A stretch of 64,000 bases of DNA from an uncultured delta proteobacterium (GCA_963745835.1 CAVUZH010000003.1:1280001-1344000); one strand, 5' to 3'. Numbered from the stretch's first letter, positions 29,368 to 41,711 are shown. The notes: generated by a model not told the origin, from the letters alone. A program made the numbers and translations.

Positions 29368-31146
29368 TCAGGCAGGAAGAACTCCGTCGCCCTCATCCAC
29401 CTTTCTCTTTTGTGTTCCACCCTTCTTGCCTCGATTCAGCTCCGGTGGGTCCTCAAGCATCATTTCGTGTTGGGCACCGCCCGCAGGAATCATTGGATAA
29501 CAATTCTCATAGGGATCGGTATGGATATCCATCAGCACCGGGCCTCTATGCTTCAAGCCGTCTTTTAGCACGGGCTCGACATCGCTCGGCTTTAGTGCGC
29601 GCAGCCCCTTGATCCCGTAAGCGTCCGCCAATTTCACAAAATCAGGCATCTTCCCCAAAAGACTCGCCGAGTACCGTCCCTCATAGAACAGATCCTGCCA
29701 TTGCCGAACCATCCCATGCACTCCGTTGTTGAGCAGGACGATTTTGACAGCCAGCTTTTGCTCCGCGCATGTCACCAGTTCCTGTAGATTCATTTGGAAG
29801 CTACCTTCGCTGGTGATGCAAAGCACCATTCGATTCGGGAAAGCTTTTTGCGCGCCAATCGCCGCCGGGAAGCCAAAACCCATTGTGCCCAGACCGCCTG
29901 AGGTGAGCCATGTTCTCGGCTTGGTCCCTTTGAAGTATTGCGCGGCAAACATCTGGTGCTGGCCGACATCGGTGGCGACGATCGCTTCATGTTTGGTCAA
30001 TTCGAAGAGCTTGTCGATGACAAACTGTGGTTTGATGATCTTGTCGTCTTGCTTGTATGACAACGGATGCGCCGTTCGCCATTCTTCGACCTGCTTCAGC
30101 CAGGGTGCCCGAGACGCTCTGATCTTGGCCGGATTACCGTCCATCGAGCGCAGCATGACATTCATCTGCCGCAGAACCGCTTTCACATCGCCGACGATCG
30201 GGATATGAGCGTGGAAAGTCTTTTTTATCGAAGTTGGGTCTATGTCGATATGAATGACCCGTGCCTCGGGACAAAATTCGGAAAGCTTACCGGTCACACG
30301 ATCGTCAAAACGCGCGCCGACGGCAATTAACAAATCAGCATGATGCATCGCCATGTTGGTCCAATAACCACCGTGCATTCCCAACATGCCGAGGGACAGC
30401 GGATGGGTGCCCGGGAAACTACCCAAACCCATCAAAGTCATGGTCACAGGAATCTGTGTGATTTCGGCCAACTCACGGATTTCATCCGCAGCATTGGAAA
30501 AAATAGCACCGCCGCCAACGTAGATCATGGGCTTTTTCGCCTTCATGATCTCTTCAGCGGCTTGACGAATGTGTTGTTTGCTACCTCCAATTACAGGGTT
30601 GTAGCCGCGTAAGCTGATTTTTTCCGGGTATTTGAATTCTGCTCTGGCTGTACTCACATCTTTTGGGATATCGACTAAAACAGGTCCCGGTCGACCGCTC
30701 GTCGCAATATAAAATGCCTCTTTGATGATCTGCGCCAGATCATTGACATCCTTGACCAGCACATTGTGCTTGGTGCACGGACGGCTGATACCCACGTTGT
30801 CGGCTTCTTGGAATGCATCATTGCCGATCAGGTCTGTCGAGACCTGACCCGTGAAGGCAACCAGAGGAACCGAATCCATGTATGCATCGGCAAGTCCGGT
30901 GACGATGTTTGTCATACCAGGACCTGAAGTCACCAAAACGACGCCAGCCCTTCCGGTTGCTTTGGCATACCCCTCTGCCATATGGGCGGCGCCTTGTTCA
31001 TGCCGCGTCAGTACCAGCTCGATATCTTTTTGCTGGCACAGTACATCAAAGATCTTCAATACCACTCCCCCGGGCAACCCAAAAACGGTTTTGACGCCTT
31101 CGCGTCTTAATGATTCACAGAATATCTCGGCCCCGGTAATTTTCAT
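29368..31146 (-). CDS. ilvB: Acetolactate synthase large subunit
   Basis: MKITGAE start, RHEQGA, TSGPG, GRPGPVL, TSGGLGTMGFG. Confidence 0.95.
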   Translation of the reverse strand: MKITGAEIFCESLRREGVKTVFGLPGGVVLKIFDVLCQQKDIELVLTRHEQGAAHMAEGYAKATGRAGVVLVTSGPGMTNIVTGLADAYMDSVPLVAFTGQVSTDLIGNDAFQEADNVGISRPCTKHNVLVKDVNDLAQIIKEAFYIATSGRPGPVLVDIPKDVSTARAEFKYPEKISLRGYNPVIGGSKQHIRQAAEEIMKAKKPMIYVGGGAIFSNAADEIRELAEITQIPVTMTLMGLGSFPGTHPLSLGMLGMHGGYWTNMAMHHADLLIAVGARFDDRVTGKLSEFCPEARVIHIDIDPTSIKKTFHAHIPIVGDVKAVLRQMNVMLRSMDGNPAKIRASRAPWLKQVEEWRTAHPLSYKQDDKIIKPQFVIDKLFELTKHEAIVATDVGQHQMFAAQYFKGTKPRTWLTSGGLGTMGFGFPAAIGAQKAFPNRMVLCITSEGSFQMNLQELVTCAEQKLAVKIVLLNNGVHGMVRQWQDLFYEGRYSASLLGKMPDFVKLADAYGIKGLRALKPSDVEPVLKDGLKHRGPVLMDIHTDPYENCYPMIPAGGAQHEMMLEDPPELNRGKKGGTQKRKVDEGDGVLPA

Positions 31147-31162
31147 CTTGCTTCCTTTGCAG

Positions 31163-31392
31163 CTAAGCAGTGTTTTGGCGGTGCGTCCGAGGATCTCCAT
31201 GATCTTATCCTTACCCGCCAGTTTCATTTTCTGCAGCCGTTTCTTCTCAACTTCCTCGTCAGGAGAAAGATGAAGTTTATGCTGGAATTGATCGAGCTTT
31301 TTCTCCAGCTCTTGATGCTCTTCATAATATTGCTTGAGCTCGGGATCACGATCTAAAAGAGAAGCAATCGCCGTCTTTTCACTATCCTCCAT
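31163..31392 (-). CDS. DUF465/YdcH-like small coiled-coil protein (appears fused to ilvB, likely through an indel)
   Basis: EHQELE...EKKRLQKMKLAGKDKI pattern; a shifted-frame TAG at 31163-31165 precedes an RBS-like AAGGA for ilvB. Confidence 0.7.
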
Positions 31393-31483
31393 ATACGAGC
31401 CTCCTTTAATCTTATGAAGTTTTTTGCGCGCCTCAATCTACCGTACGGTAATATTTTTGTCAACGTAACTTACCCGTATGATT

Positions 31484-32221
31484 TCAACTACTTAAGGTCA
31501 GCTTCATTCGTGATTCGCACTCCGGTCGACGCAAGTAAACCGGCGTTAAATCTTCCAACCGAACTGCCCGGTGATCGGTAAATTGGCGCTCACTTAGAAG
31601 CGCAATTGACGCTGCCACCGATGACATTGCCTGTTCATCGGCAACGTAAATTTGTAAATCCGGGACTCGTTCAAGAACAGGACGATAAGTAGTCACTCCA
31701 TCGCCGATGAATAAATATGGCGCCGGTTTTCCCAGACCGCGAAGTTCTTCAAGAAAACTCAGGAACGGCATCAACGCATCTTGCGTTAAACGCTCGAGTT
31801 GACTTCCGTGTATACGAAATACAGCGGCGTAAACCTCACCCTTGCGGGCATCCAAAATGGGGCACACCCTTCCCTCGAAACCGGCTACACGCGCGGCAAT
31901 GGCTTGCAGTGTCGAAATTCCAACCGCCGGCATACCGGTTCCGTAGGCAAGTCCTTTAACCGTGCTTAAGCCAATTCGAACTCCCGTGAACGAGCCTGGC
32001 CCGATCGAAACGGCGATGCCGGCTACGTCACTCAATTCGATTCCTGCGCGCCGCAGCACCGAATCGACAAGCGGCAGGATGATCTCTGCATGATTGGACT
32101 TGACCCCGGATCCCTCGGCGCTTCCTTTCCTTGGGTAGCAGTCCTCCGCAACTAGCCGGCCACCTTCACTGATCGCAACACTCGCAACCGAAATTGACGT
32201 ATCGAGACCAAGAATTCTCAT
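31484..32221 (-). CDS. tsaB: tRNA threonylcarbamoyladenosine biosynthesis protein TsaB
   Basis: ILGLDTS, GPGSFTGVRIG, DARKGEVY, PVYLR. Confidence 0.93.
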   Translation of the reverse strand: MRILGLDTSISVASVAISEGGRLVAEDCYPRKGSAEGSGVKSNHAEIILPLVDSVLRRAGIELSDVAGIAVSIGPGSFTGVRIGLSTVKGLAYGTGMPAVGISTLQAIAARVAGFEGRVCPILDARKGEVYAAVFRIHGSQLERLTQDALMPFLSFLEELRGLGKPAPYLFIGDGVTTYRPVLERVPDLQIYVADEQAMSSVAASIALLSERQFTDHRAVRLEDLTPVYLRRPECESRMKLTLSS

Positions 32222-33300
32222 CCGCCAACCGGCTTTTCGAACAATCGGAAAATATCATTGGCGAAGGCAAAGATCATGAGCAGCAAAAGCAAAAAGATGC
32301 CTACTTGTTGCGCCTTTTCGCGATACTTTAAAGAAACCGGCCGACCGATGATTGCCTCAACGGCAAAGAAGAAAAGATGACCACCGTCCAGCACCGGGAC
32401 CGGTAACAGATTGAGGACACCGAGATTGATGCTCAAGACCGCGAGAAACGCCAAAAAACTTCCGATGCCCTCTTGAGCCTGCTGCCCAGCCATTTGGGCA
32501 ATCAAGATCGGCCCGCCTAAGATTACGCGGCGAAACTTCTCGCGTAATCATCTTATAGAGTCCGATTAAAGTAAGCTTGGAGTATTCGTAGGTTTGTATA
32601 AAGGCTTTGCTGACCGCCAAACCCGGGTCGCCCTTTTCGATCGAAACTTGACTGCCGATACCGATCATCCAATCTTCTTTTAATTCACCGAAAATATTCT
32701 TTACTTCCCTTTTCCGCGGCTGAACCGTCATGGCCACTTCTTCACCGCTTCTCTGAACGCGCAAAGCTAAGGGCTGTCCACCGCTATGCTTAATCGCGCT
32801 GGAAAGATCGTCCCAGGCTGTGACTGCCTGGCCATCAACGGCGACAATGCGATCACCTTTTTGGATTCCCGCCTGCGCGGCCGGCGAATCCGGTTCAACC
32901 GCTCCAACTAGATTTGATAGGACCGGCACTCCATAAAAAAGAAAGACCACCATCAACAGAAACACCGCGAGTAAAGGTTGAATCCCGGGCCGGCGGCGAC
33001 GATTGCGGTGCGTTTGAGAAGCGATTTATGAGCAAAGGAACGTTCGAGATCGACAGCCTTGACTTCTTCTTCCGGGTCTTCACCAACCATTTTTACATAG
33101 CCGCCCAAAGGAAACGCGCTCAGAGCATATTCAGTTTCACCCTTCTTTTTCACCCACAGCTTGGGTCCAAATCCAACCGAAAACGTCAGAACTCCGACGC
33201 CTGAGAGCTTAGCAAGAAGAAAATGTCCGAACTCGTGAAAAACGATGAGCACGCCAAGCCCGACCACCGCCGCTAGGATCGAATAGAGCAGATTTTCCAT
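32218..33300 (-). CDS. rseP: RIP metalloprotease RseP (two apparent frameshifts, near 32970 and 32518)
   Basis: HEFGH, PLGGYV, AGPGFN, a PDZ domain and NLLPVPVLDGG spread over three frames. Confidence 0.9.
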
Positions 33301-33317
33301 ATTATCTCCTTAGGTCA

Positions 33318-34466
33318 TCAGTGAACCAGCGACGCTGCCCGTTCTCTCGCCCAGCGATCGACTTCTAGGACATCTTCCACGTCTCGCGCGGGTTGTGATG
33401 AATGGCCGCACATGGTTCTCTCGATGGTTTGATGAATCTCACGAAAGCCGATCTTGCCGGCCAAAAACGCGTCGACCGCGATCTCATTGGCGGCGTTTAG
33501 AACTGCCGGCATGGTGCCGCCTTGTTTCAATGCATCATAGGCCAATCCAAGCGCGGGGTAACGTTTTTTCTCCACTGGTAAAAAGTTTAACTCTCCATGA
33601 TCCGTCAATTCCAGAGGCTTCCAACCGCCATCGAGTCTGTGCGGATACGCCAGCGCGTAAGCGATGGGAATGCGCATATCAGGTATTCCCATCTGTGCTA
33701 TGATCGTGCCGTCTTGATAACGGACCATGGAGTGGACAATACTCTGCGGATGGATCACCACATCAATCCGTGATGGGTCCATATTGAATTCCCAGTGGGC
33801 TTCAACGACTTCCAGCCCCTTGTTCATCATCGTCGCCGAATCAATGGTGATTTTTCGACCCATCTTCCAATTCGGATGTTTCAACGCCTGGGAAATTGTC
33901 ACACTACCCAACCGGCTGAGCGGCGTTTTTAGGAACGGTCCACCGGAAGCAGTGAGAATCAGTTTGTCAACTTCGTCGCGCTGATTTCCTTCAAGACACT
34001 GAAAAATGGCGCTGTGCTCACTGTCGACAGGAAAGAGCCGTGACTTTGACTTCTTTGCTTCATTAACCAGTATCTCTCCGGCCATCACCAGCGCCTCTTT
34101 ATTTGCAAGTGCGACCTCTTTGCCGGCGCGAGTGGCTTCAAGCGTTGGTACGAGTCCGGCGGCCCCGACAATCGCCGCGAGCACGACATCCACCTCGTTA
34201 GCTGTCGAGACATCCGTAGCGCCTTTGACACCCCAGCCAATCTCGATAGATTTTTTACCCAGCAACTTACGCAGGCGCGGCACGTCGCTCTCATTTTTGA
34301 TGGCGACACACTGCGGCGCGAATTCTTGAATCTGCGCCGTAAGGAGTTTTAAATTCTCACCGGCAACCATGCCAAAAATTCTAAATCGGTCAGGGAATCG
34401 GCGCACCAGATCCAAAGTGCTTACTCCGATTGAGCCTGTTGAACCGAGTAAAGCGATTGATCTCAT
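33318..34466 (-). CDS. dxr: 1-deoxy-D-xylulose-5-phosphate reductoisomerase
   Basis: LGSTGSIG, LANKE, PVDSEHSAIFQ, TASGGPF, HPNWKMG. Confidence 0.97.
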   Translation of the reverse strand: MRSIALLGSTGSIGVSTLDLVRRFPDRFRIFGMVAGENLKLLTAQIQEFAPQCVAIKNESDVPRLRKLLGKKSIEIGWGVKGATDVSTANEVDVVLAAIVGAAGLVPTLEATRAGKEVALANKEALVMAGEILVNEAKKSKSRLFPVDSEHSAIFQCLEGNQRDEVDKLILTASGGPFLKTPLSRLGSVTISQALKHPNWKMGRKITIDSATMMNKGLEVVEAHWEFNMDPSRIDVVIHPQSIVHSMVRYQDGTIIAQMGIPDMRIPIAYALAYPHRLDGGWKPLELTDHGELNFLPVEKKRYPALGLAYDALKQGGTMPAVLNAANEIAVDAFLAGKIGFREIHQTIERTMCGHSSQPARDVEDVLEVDRWARERAASLVH

Positions 34467-35270
34467 GGGTGAAAGACCTTCAAATAAGTGGTCGTAAAAA
34501 CAGCCGGGAAGATGAGACTATCGAGCCGATCCAGCAAACCGCCGTGACCCGGAAGAAGCCTGCCTGAATCCTTCACCGCAAAAACGCGCTTGATCCACGA
34601 CTCAAACAAGTCGCCAAGTTGGCCCAACACACTAAGCAGCCCCGAGACGATCGCAAACTCGATCCAGCTTAATCCGATGTCAAGGAAAATTCCCACCAAG
34701 GAACCGGCCAAAACACTACCGAGGACGTATCCGACAGCTCCCTCAACCGTTTTCCCTGGACTGATTTCGGGCGCCAATTTTTTGGTTCCGAAGCGACGGC
34801 CAACGAAGTAGGCGCAGATATCGCCTGCCATAATCACCACGAGGACGAAGAACACCCAGGCTCTTCCATGTGGCAGTCGAAACAGCGAACTCCAATGTGG
34901 CAAAAGATAGCCCAGGTACAGTGATCCCAAAAGGGTCCACGCAAGTCGTGCCAACCGCTCCTCGAGTTGCCCGTGCATGAAAATGTAAATCGAGAACATT
35001 AGGACAAGCAACGGAGCCAGAATCAACTCTCCAGGTGTTAGCTGCGGAAAAAACACTACCGAAGAAACCGCAAGTCCAAAAGCGATGCCGATTATTTGGT
35101 CTCTGCGAACGGCCAGGAAAACCCATCGCGAAATATTCACGCAGTGCTCCAAGCGTAATCAGGAAAACAAAGCCGTGAAATAACGAGGGATCACCCCAAC
35201 CGATGAGAACAATTAAAAGCGGTATTCCGACAAGTCCGGTAAGCAGCCTTGCTCTAAGATTCGCGTCCAC
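34463..35270 (-). CDS. cdsA: Phosphatidate cytidylyltransferase (apparent frameshift near 35100)
   Basis: LAPEISPGKTVEG, GDLFESWIKR..KDSG..PGHGGLLDRLD; N-terminus lies in another frame. Confidence 0.9.
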
Positions 35271-36033
35271 TACTCCCCACTCTTAGACGCGCCGGTTCGG
35301 TAATCTGCTCATCGGTTCTGCCGAACCGCCTGCGACGGCGTTGATACTCTTGCAGAGCTTGGAAGTATTCTTGTTCACGGAAGTCGGGCCAAAGAGTCGG
35401 AGTGACATAGAGTTCAGTATAGGCAATCTGCCATAAGTAAAAGTTACTTATTCGCATTTCACCGCTGGTTCGTATCAATAGATCCGGATCGGGTATGTCG
35501 GGCGTGTCCATATGAGCGGAAACGATTTCCTCCTCGAGATCGCTCGATTGAAACTCGCCGGCGAGAACTCTGCGCCTAATCTTATTGACCATTCGCACGA
35601 TCTCATCTCGGCCGCTATAACTCAGGGCCAAAACCACCGTCATTCGAGTGTTGCGCTGAGTTAACTCTATCACGTCCTCAAGGGTTCTGCGGACGTTTAG
35701 CGGCAATCGATCCCGGTTTCCAATCGCCTTTAGCCTGATGCCGTAGCGCATCATTTTGGGCTGTTCAGCAATAAGGTAGGTTTCCAGCAAGCCCATCAGT
35801 GCATAAACTTCGTCCTGAGGGCGCAGCCAGTTTTCCGTCGAGAATGCGAAGAGAGTCAAAAAAGGGATCCCCAGCTTTCGCGTCGTTTCGACAATGACGC
35901 GAACTGAGGTTTTGCCACGGCGGTGCCCTTCGATACGGCTCTTTCCCTGCAGAGTCGCCCAGCGCCCATTCCCATCCATGATGATTGCTACATGGTGTGG
36001 CAGCCGACTTCTATCCAGGTCCTTAAAATCCAT
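35254..36033 (-). CDS. uppS: Undecaprenyl diphosphate synthase
   Basis: HVAIIMDGNGRWA, FSTENW, RTSGEMRISNF. Confidence 0.96.
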   Translation of the reverse strand: MDFKDLDRSRLPHHVAIIMDGNGRWATLQGKSRIEGHRRGKTSVRVIVETTRKLGIPFLTLFAFSTENWLRPQDEVYALMGLLETYLIAEQPKMMRYGIRLKAIGNRDRLPLNVRRTLEDVIELTQRNTRMTVVLALSYSGRDEIVRMVNKIRRRVLAGEFQSSDLEEEIVSAHMDTPDIPDPDLLIRTSGEMRISNFYLWQIAYTELYVTPTLWPDFREQEYFQALQEYQRRRRRFGRTDEQITEPARLRVGSSGRES

Positions 36034-36137
36034 TATTGAGCCGTGCGGGTACGTGACGTGTTGAGACAATTGGCGCCCCGAATTCGAGTGGAACGCGGCG
36101 CATCCGAGGTTGGCTGTTCAGCGGAGATCTCCGGCCC

Positions 36138-36695
36138 CTAGACCTCCATGATCTCCTCCTCTTTAGTTTTCAAAACCTTATCGACTCGAGCGATGTAATC
36201 ATCGGTGATTTTTTGAACCCGGTCCTGACCGTGTTTGATTTCATCCGCGGTAATCTCTTTCTTTTTTTCGGATTCTTTTAGATGCTCGATGGCCAAGCGC
36301 CGATGATTACGCATCGAAACGCGAAACTCTTCGCCGGTTTTCTTAACGTGCTTTACCAAATCCTTACGGCGTTCCTCAGTCAGTTGCGGTATGGGGACTC
36401 GGATGATCTTGCCGTCGTTTGCGGGAGTCAGGCCCAAGTCGCTCTTGAGAATCGCCTTTTCAATTTCACCGAGCGCGTTTCTGTCAAAAGGCTGAATCAC
36501 TAACAGCCTTGGCTCCGGGGCGCTTAAGGTAGCCAATTGATTCAAAGGAGTAGTAGCGCCGTAATAATCCACGAGGACGCCTTCCAATAGAGCCGTCGAT
36601 GCTCTCCCCGTCCGAACCCTTCCCAATTCTTTGCGCAGAGCCGCAACAGACCCTTCCATCTCTTTTTGTAACTGAGTGAAAATAGCCTCGTTCAT
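36138..36695 (-). CDS. frr: Ribosome recycling factor
   Basis: [23 protein letters not shown]. Confidence 0.97.
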   Translation of the reverse strand: MNEAIFTQLQKEMEGSVAALRKELGRVRTGRASTALLEGVLVDYYGATTPLNQLATLSAPEPRLLVIQPFDRNALGEIEKAILKSDLGLTPANDGKIIRVPIPQLTEERRKDLVKHVKKTGEEFRVSMRNHRRLAIEHLKESEKKKEITADEIKHGQDRVQKITDDYIARVDKVLKTKEEEIMEV

Positions 36696-37423
36696 CGTTT
36701 CCCCGCACTGACTAATGTGCCGATTGCTTCACCGGCTACGACTCTTTTAATATTCCCCTTCTCCATCAAATTGAAAACGACAATGGGAAGCTGATGATCC
36801 ATGCAAAGTGAGATTGCTGTCGAATCCATTACCTTTAGCTCACGGTTTAAAACCTCGATGTAAGTCAATTCTTCAAACTTGGTCGCCCCTTCGAATTTAA
36901 ATGGGTCGGCGTCATAGACGCCTTCCACCTTGGTCGCCTTCAATATGACTTCCGCGCCAATCTCCATTGCTCGCAGGCTCGCCGTAGTGTCGGTTGTAAA
37001 ATAAGGATTGCCTGTGCCCCCCGCAAAGATAACCACGCGACCTTTTTCTAGGTGCCGTGTTGCTCTACGTCTGATGTAAGGCTCTGCCACTTGCCTCATT
37101 TCGATTGCTGATAAGACTCGCGTGGAAACACCCAATTTCTCCAACGCGTCTTGAAGCGCAAGGCTGTTGATAACGGTTGCCAGCATACCCATGGTATCGG
37201 CGCTCGCCCGATCCATGCCGATCTCGCTCGCGACGGCGCCTCGAAAGATATTGCCACCACCGATGACCAATGCCATCTCACAACCAATCTCTTTGACTTC
37301 CTTGATCTCTTGCGCAAATCCCTTAACCGTTTGCGCATCGATACCAAACTTCTGTGCGCCGGCGAAAATTTCACCAGTGACTTTAAGAATGATGCGTTTG
37401 TACTTGAGTTTCGACTCGCTCAT
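36692..37423 (-). CDS. pyrH: UMP kinase
   Basis: [26 protein letters not shown]. Confidence 0.97.
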   Translation of the reverse strand: MSESKLKYKRIILKVTGEIFAGAQKFGIDAQTVKGFAQEIKEVKEIGCEMALVIGGGNIFRGAVASEIGMDRASADTMGMLATVINSLALQDALEKLGVSTRVLSAIEMRQVAEPYIRRRATRHLEKGRVVIFAGGTGNPYFTTDTTASLRAMEIGAEVILKATKVEGVYDADPFKFEGATKFEELTYIEVLNRELKVMDSTAISLCMDHQLPIVVFNLMEKGNIKRVVAGEAIGTLVSAGKR

Positions 37424-37442
37424 GTCTTTGTTCCGACGAGCC

Positions 37443-38051
37443 TTACTCCTGCGGTGCCGCTTCCCCCAATTGGTATCGCGAGAAACGCTTAACCTGAATG
37501 TTCTCACCAAGACGGGCTATCGCCTCCGTGAGGATGTCAGCAACTTTTTGGTCGGGGTTCTTAATAAACGATTGCTCAAGAAGACAAACTTCCGAATAAA
37601 ACCGATCGATCTTTCCGTCGACTATTTTCTCGACGACTTTCTCCGGCTTACCAGATTCCAGAGCTTGCCGGCGATATATCTCCCTTTCCTTCTCCAAATG
37701 GTCGCTTGGAACCTCTTCCGGTCGTATGTATCGCGGATTAGCGGCGGCAATCTGCATGGCAATATCTTTTAAAAGATTCTGAAACTCAGCAGTACGCGCC
37801 ACAAAATCAGTTTCACAGTTGAGCTCCACCAGGACGCCAATTTTCCCGCCGGGATGCACATATGCGCCGATCGCCCCATCGCTGGCGGTCCGAGAAGCCT
37901 TTTTGGTCGCCGCTGCAAGCCCCTTCTGACGCAGATAATCAACCGCTTTGTCCAGATCGCCGCCGGATTCGGCCAAAGCTTTCTTGCAATCCATCATACC
38001 GGCGCCAGTTTTTTCACGGAGATTTTTTACTGCAGCCGCACTCACTTCCAT
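37443..38051 (-). CDS. tsf: Elongation factor Ts (short form)
   Basis: [27 protein letters not shown]. Confidence 0.97.
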   Translation of the reverse strand: MEVSAAAVKNLREKTGAGMMDCKKALAESGGDLDKAVDYLRQKGLAAATKKASRTASDGAIGAYVHPGGKIGVLVELNCETDFVARTAEFQNLLKDIAMQIAAANPRYIRPEEVPSDHLEKEREIYRRQALESGKPEKVVEKIVDGKIDRFYSEVCLLEQSFIKNPDQKVADILTEAIARLGENIQVKRFSRYQLGEAAPQE

Positions 38052-38054
38052 CGA

Positions 38055-38843
38055 CTAAACTCCTCCCATAGCCGACTGCTCTATCGGCTCCATCTCAGTT
38101 GGCGCCGTAACCGCTGTGGTTCCTTCATCTCCCTTGTCTTTGGCCAAGGATTGATCATAGAGGCCCTTACCCTCAATCACTGCATCGGCCATGGATGAAC
38201 AAAATAGCCGAATGGCTCTGATCGCATCATCATTTCCCGGGATCTTGTGATCTACCATATCGGGATCACAGTTCGTGTCGATCACGGCGATTACGGGGAT
38301 ACCAAGCTTTCTTGCCTCCCTTACGGCAATTTCTTCCTGCTTGGGATCAACCACGAAAATAGCATCGGGGAGCTTACGCATCGCCTTGATTCCCCCAAGC
38401 GACTGCTCAAGCTTTTCCTTCTCCCGCTTCAAGCCCAACATTTCCTTTTTAGTCAACGCGTCGACAATCTTAGGGTCATTTTCCATTTCTTCGAGTTTTC
38501 GCAAGCGATCGATACTCTGGCGAATGGTTGAGAAATTCGTGAGAGTGCCGCCTAACCAGCGGTTATGAACATGAAACATAGCGCATCGATCCGCCTCTTC
38601 CCTAACGGAATCTTGCGCTTGTTTTTTCGTCCCGATGAAAAGAATGCTTCCACCCGAAGCCGCAATATCGCGCACGACAGCCTCCACCTCTTTAAACATG
38701 GTAACGGTTTGCTGCAAATCAATGATATGGATTCCGTTTCGCGCTCCGAAAATGTACGGCTTCATTTTCGGATTCCAGCGGCTGGTTTGATGTCCGAAAT
38801 GAACACCCGCCTCCAGAAGTTGCTTCATTGAGATCTCGGTCAT
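38055..38843 (-). CDS. rpsB: 30S ribosomal protein S2
   Basis: [34 protein letters not shown]. Confidence 0.98.
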   Translation of the reverse strand: MTEISMKQLLEAGVHFGHQTSRWNPKMKPYIFGARNGIHIIDLQQTVTMFKEVEAVVRDIAASGGSILFIGTKKQAQDSVREEADRCAMFHVHNRWLGGTLTNFSTIRQSIDRLRKLEEMENDPKIVDALTKKEMLGLKREKEKLEQSLGGIKAMRKLPDAIFVVDPKQEEIAVREARKLGIPVIAVIDTNCDPDMVDHKIPGNDDAIRAIRLFCSSMADAVIEGKGLYDQSLAKDKGDEGTTAVTAPTEMEPIEQSAMGGV

Positions 38844-38854
38844 ATACCTGACTC

Positions 38855-38940
38855 TCCTTTTGGTTTTGCCTCCCCTTCTCTCAACTCCTCCTCGTTCCCT
38901 CCCGGGCACCACGAAGAAGATCAAAAAGGGTGTGAGTTAA
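38855..38940 (-). promoter_or_regulatory. rpsB (S2) autoregulatory leader RNA, t44-like
   Basis: Minus strand CACACCC...GGTGC...GGAGGCAAAACC directly upstream of the rpsB RBS, resembling the conserved S2 leader ends. Confidence 0.55.
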
Positions 38941-39070
38941 TAAGAAAACGCCTTCGGCATCCGGCCGGACCGGTCACCGAAGGCTGGAAACACTGCTGAT
39001 TGACAATGGTAACCTTGCGTTTTTCTAGCAAAGAACGGCCTAAGACGCAAGGAAAGTAATGGGGCAGATG

Positions 39071-40372
39071 CTACTGGTTCATGGATTCAAAAAATTCTTT
39101 ATTGTCTTTGGTACCATGCATCTTATCCAATAGAAATTCCATTGCATCGACAACACTCAGTTGGGATAGAACTTTGCGCAAAATCCAGATTCGATTGAGG
39201 TCTTCTTTGGAAATCAACAACTCTTCCTTTCTGGTTCCAGACTTGTTGATGTCAATGGCAGGGAAAACTCTTTTATCCATCAAGCGTCGATCGAGGTGGA
39301 CTTCCATGTTGCCGGTCCCTTTGAATTCCTCAAAAATAACCTCATCCATCCGGCTGCCGGTATCGATGAGCGCGGTCGCCATAATCGTTAGACTACCACC
39401 GTCCTCAATGTTGCGGGCGGCGCCGAAGAATTTTTTGGGTTTATGTAGGGCATTCGAGTCGACACCGCCGGATAAAATCTTGCCGCTCGGAGGCACCACG
39501 GTATTATAGGCGCGCGCCAGGCGCGTGATGCTGTCGAGCAGAATGACAACATCTTTGCCATGTTCCACCAGACGCTTTGCCTTTTCGATGACCATCTCCG
39601 CAACTTGAACGTGCCGTGTGGCGGGTTCGTCGAATGTTGAACTGATGACCTCTCCATCGACAGAACGTTGCATATCTGTGACCTCTTCGGGCCGCTCATC
39701 GATCAAAAGAACAATCAGCACTACCTCTTTGTGGTTATTGGCGATAGCTTTGGCGATGTGTTGCAACATCATAGTTTTACCTGTTCGCGGGGCGGCAACG
39801 ATTAAGCCGCGTTGACCTTTGCCAATGGGAGTCAAAAGGTCAACAATTCGCGTGGTGTAATCCTCAGGCTGATACTCGAGTCGCAAACGTTCGTTAGGAT
39901 ATAGAGGAGTTAGGTTGTCAAAAAGGATTTTCTCTCGGGCCCGCTCAGGATCCTCATAGTTAATCGATTCTACTTTGAGCAGGGCAAAATATCTCTCACC
40001 TTCTTTTGGCGGCCTGATGTGTCCGGAGATAATGTCGCCCGTACGCAGGCTAAACCGGCGTATCTGGCTGGGAGAGACGTAGATATCATCCGGTCCTGGC
40101 AAATAATTATAGTCAGGTGCGCGCAAAAACCCGAAGCCATCGGGAAGAGTTTCCAATACCCCTTCTCCGTATATATGACCGTTTTGCTCCGTTTGCGCCT
40201 GCAGGATCGCAAAGATGAGTTCTTGCTTGCGCATATTGGCAGCGCCTTCGATATTGAAGTTTTTTCCAATCAACGCAAGTTCGCTAATTTTCTTTTCTTT
40301 TAGCGCCTTCAAATTCAGCCCATTATCTTCCACAGCCTCAGACTCAACGGCACGAGTTCTACCACGGACCAT
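39071..40372 (-). CDS. rho: Transcription termination factor Rho
   Basis: [42 protein letters not shown]. Confidence 0.98.
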   Translation of the reverse strand: MVRGRTRAVESEAVEDNGLNLKALKEKKISELALIGKNFNIEGAANMRKQELIFAILQAQTEQNGHIYGEGVLETLPDGFGFLRAPDYNYLPGPDDIYVSPSQIRRFSLRTGDIISGHIRPPKEGERYFALLKVESINYEDPERAREKILFDNLTPLYPNERLRLEYQPEDYTTRIVDLLTPIGKGQRGLIVAAPRTGKTMMLQHIAKAIANNHKEVVLIVLLIDERPEEVTDMQRSVDGEVISSTFDEPATRHVQVAEMVIEKAKRLVEHGKDVVILLDSITRLARAYNTVVPPSGKILSGGVDSNALHKPKKFFGAARNIEDGGSLTIMATALIDTGSRMDEVIFEEFKGTGNMEVHLDRRLMDKRVFPAIDINKSGTRKEELLISKEDLNRIWILRKVLSQLSVVDAMEFLLDKMHGTKDNKEFFESMNQ

Positions 40373-40697
40373 AACTATGCCTCTCCTTTCGTTTCCAAAA
40401 CCAAGAATCGGATGCGATCCCGTTTCTGCTTACGACATGTTCACGTGTGATCGCCAAAAACCGCATCCCAGAGCTATCAACCTGCCGGGACAACATAGAG
40501 GTGAACACGATTACAAATGCGGCCTGTCAGTATTGCAGGCTCTCGTGCGCAGCAGAACTTACTTTTCGGATCCAAATTTAAATCGGAACGGAGTTCAACG
40601 GACGATTGTTATTGTGGGGATCGATTCAGAAACGCTGAATTGGTTAACGTTAGTTCATCGTATTGAAAAGCACTCTGATTGTCAACCCCGATCATTT

Positions 40698-41711
40698 TCA
40701 AGACACCGTCTCCAATTCTTTTACGACTTCATGTATGTCGTTATACAGAGCTGCTTTGAATTCGATGCGGCGACCTGTCGTCGGATGAGAAATTTCGAGT
40801 CTCTCCGCGTGCAGCGCCTGGCGAGGAAAATCATATAGCAATGAAATGATGTTTCTATTCTTGAAGTCAGCTTTCGGACGCTCTCCGTACACCTTATCGC
40901 CAATTACCGGATGACCAAGTTCCGCCAAGTGAACGCGGATTTGGTGCGTGCGTCCAGTTTTGGGCCGAAGTCGGCATAGGCTGACCCATCGGATGCTTCT
41001 CGAATCGGCTTTTAGTTCAAAGCATTTTTCAACATTCCACTCGGTCAGGGCTCCGCGTGTTTTTGAATAAGCGAAACGGCAAGACATTTTCTTCCGCTGG
41101 GATCGATGGCGGCCGATCGGGCGATCAATGATGCCGCTGTCCCCCTTAAGTTTGCCCCAAACCAAGGCAAGGTATTCCTTATGAACTGTGCGATCTTTGA
41201 ATTGCTGCGCCAATAGTTGCAACGACCGATGATTCTTCGCTACAACCATAACCCCAGAAGTATCTTTGTCCAGGCGATGAACAATTCCCGGGCGGCCTTC
41301 GGCGCCGATTTCTTTTAGCTCAGGACAATGATGCAATAGTGCGTTAACCAGAGTTCCAGTGACACTCCCGGCAGCGGGATGCACCGCCATTCCAGGCGCT
41401 TTATTGATGACCATAAGATCGCGATCTTCATAGATAATGTCGAGAAGGACAGCCTCTGGATTTAACTTCGTTTCTATTTTAGGAATTCTGCCAAGTTCGA
41501 CCGAATCACTTGGCTTGAGGCGCCTACTCGATCTTGTTGGCGCCCCATTGACCGTAATGACCCCGTCCTCGATCAACTTCTGCACCCGCGAGCGAGTTAA
41601 GCCATAACGCTCAATCTCTTCAACCAAACGCTGGGTAAGGAAGACATCCAGACGCATCCCGGATGCCTTCTCCCCGACCACGGCCCGCTCAGGAACAATC
41701 GATGATTCCAT
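40698..41711 (-). CDS. rluD: RluA/RluD-family pseudouridine synthase
   Basis: N-terminal S4 domain, GIVHRLDKDTSG, TGRTHQIRVH, RQALHA. Confidence 0.88.
   Translation of the reverse strand: MESSIVPERAVVGEKASGMRLDVFLTQRLVEEIERYGLTRSRVQKLIEDGVITVNGAPTRSSRRLKPSDSVELGRIPKIETKLNPEAVLLDIIYEDRDLMVINKAPGMAVHPAAGSVTGTLVNALLHHCPELKEIGAEGRPGIVHRLDKDTSGVMVVAKNHRSLQLLAQQFKDRTVHKEYLALVWGKLKGDSGIIDRPIGRHRSQRKKMSCRFAYSKTRGALTEWNVEKCFELKADSRSIRWVSLCRLRPKTGRTHQIRVHLAELGHPVIGDKVYGERPKADFKNRNIISLLYDFPRQALHAERLEISHPTTGRRIEFKAALYNDIHEVVKELETVS

Noticed and set aside
29368-31392. 674-aa DUF465-IlvB fusion in the ORF track
   Set aside because: One added base gives the small protein its own TAG at 31163-31165, ilvB has its own RBS and ATG at 31146, and indels are frequent in this window.
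37443-38051. Short EF-Ts (202 aa) as a truncation
   Set aside because: The short EF-Ts form is known in several bacterial lineages and the ORF ends normally.
38950-38984. Hairpin GCCTTCGG...CCGAAGGC between rho and rpsB as a novel RNA
   Set aside because: Adequately explained as a terminator or part of the rpsB leader; no further support.
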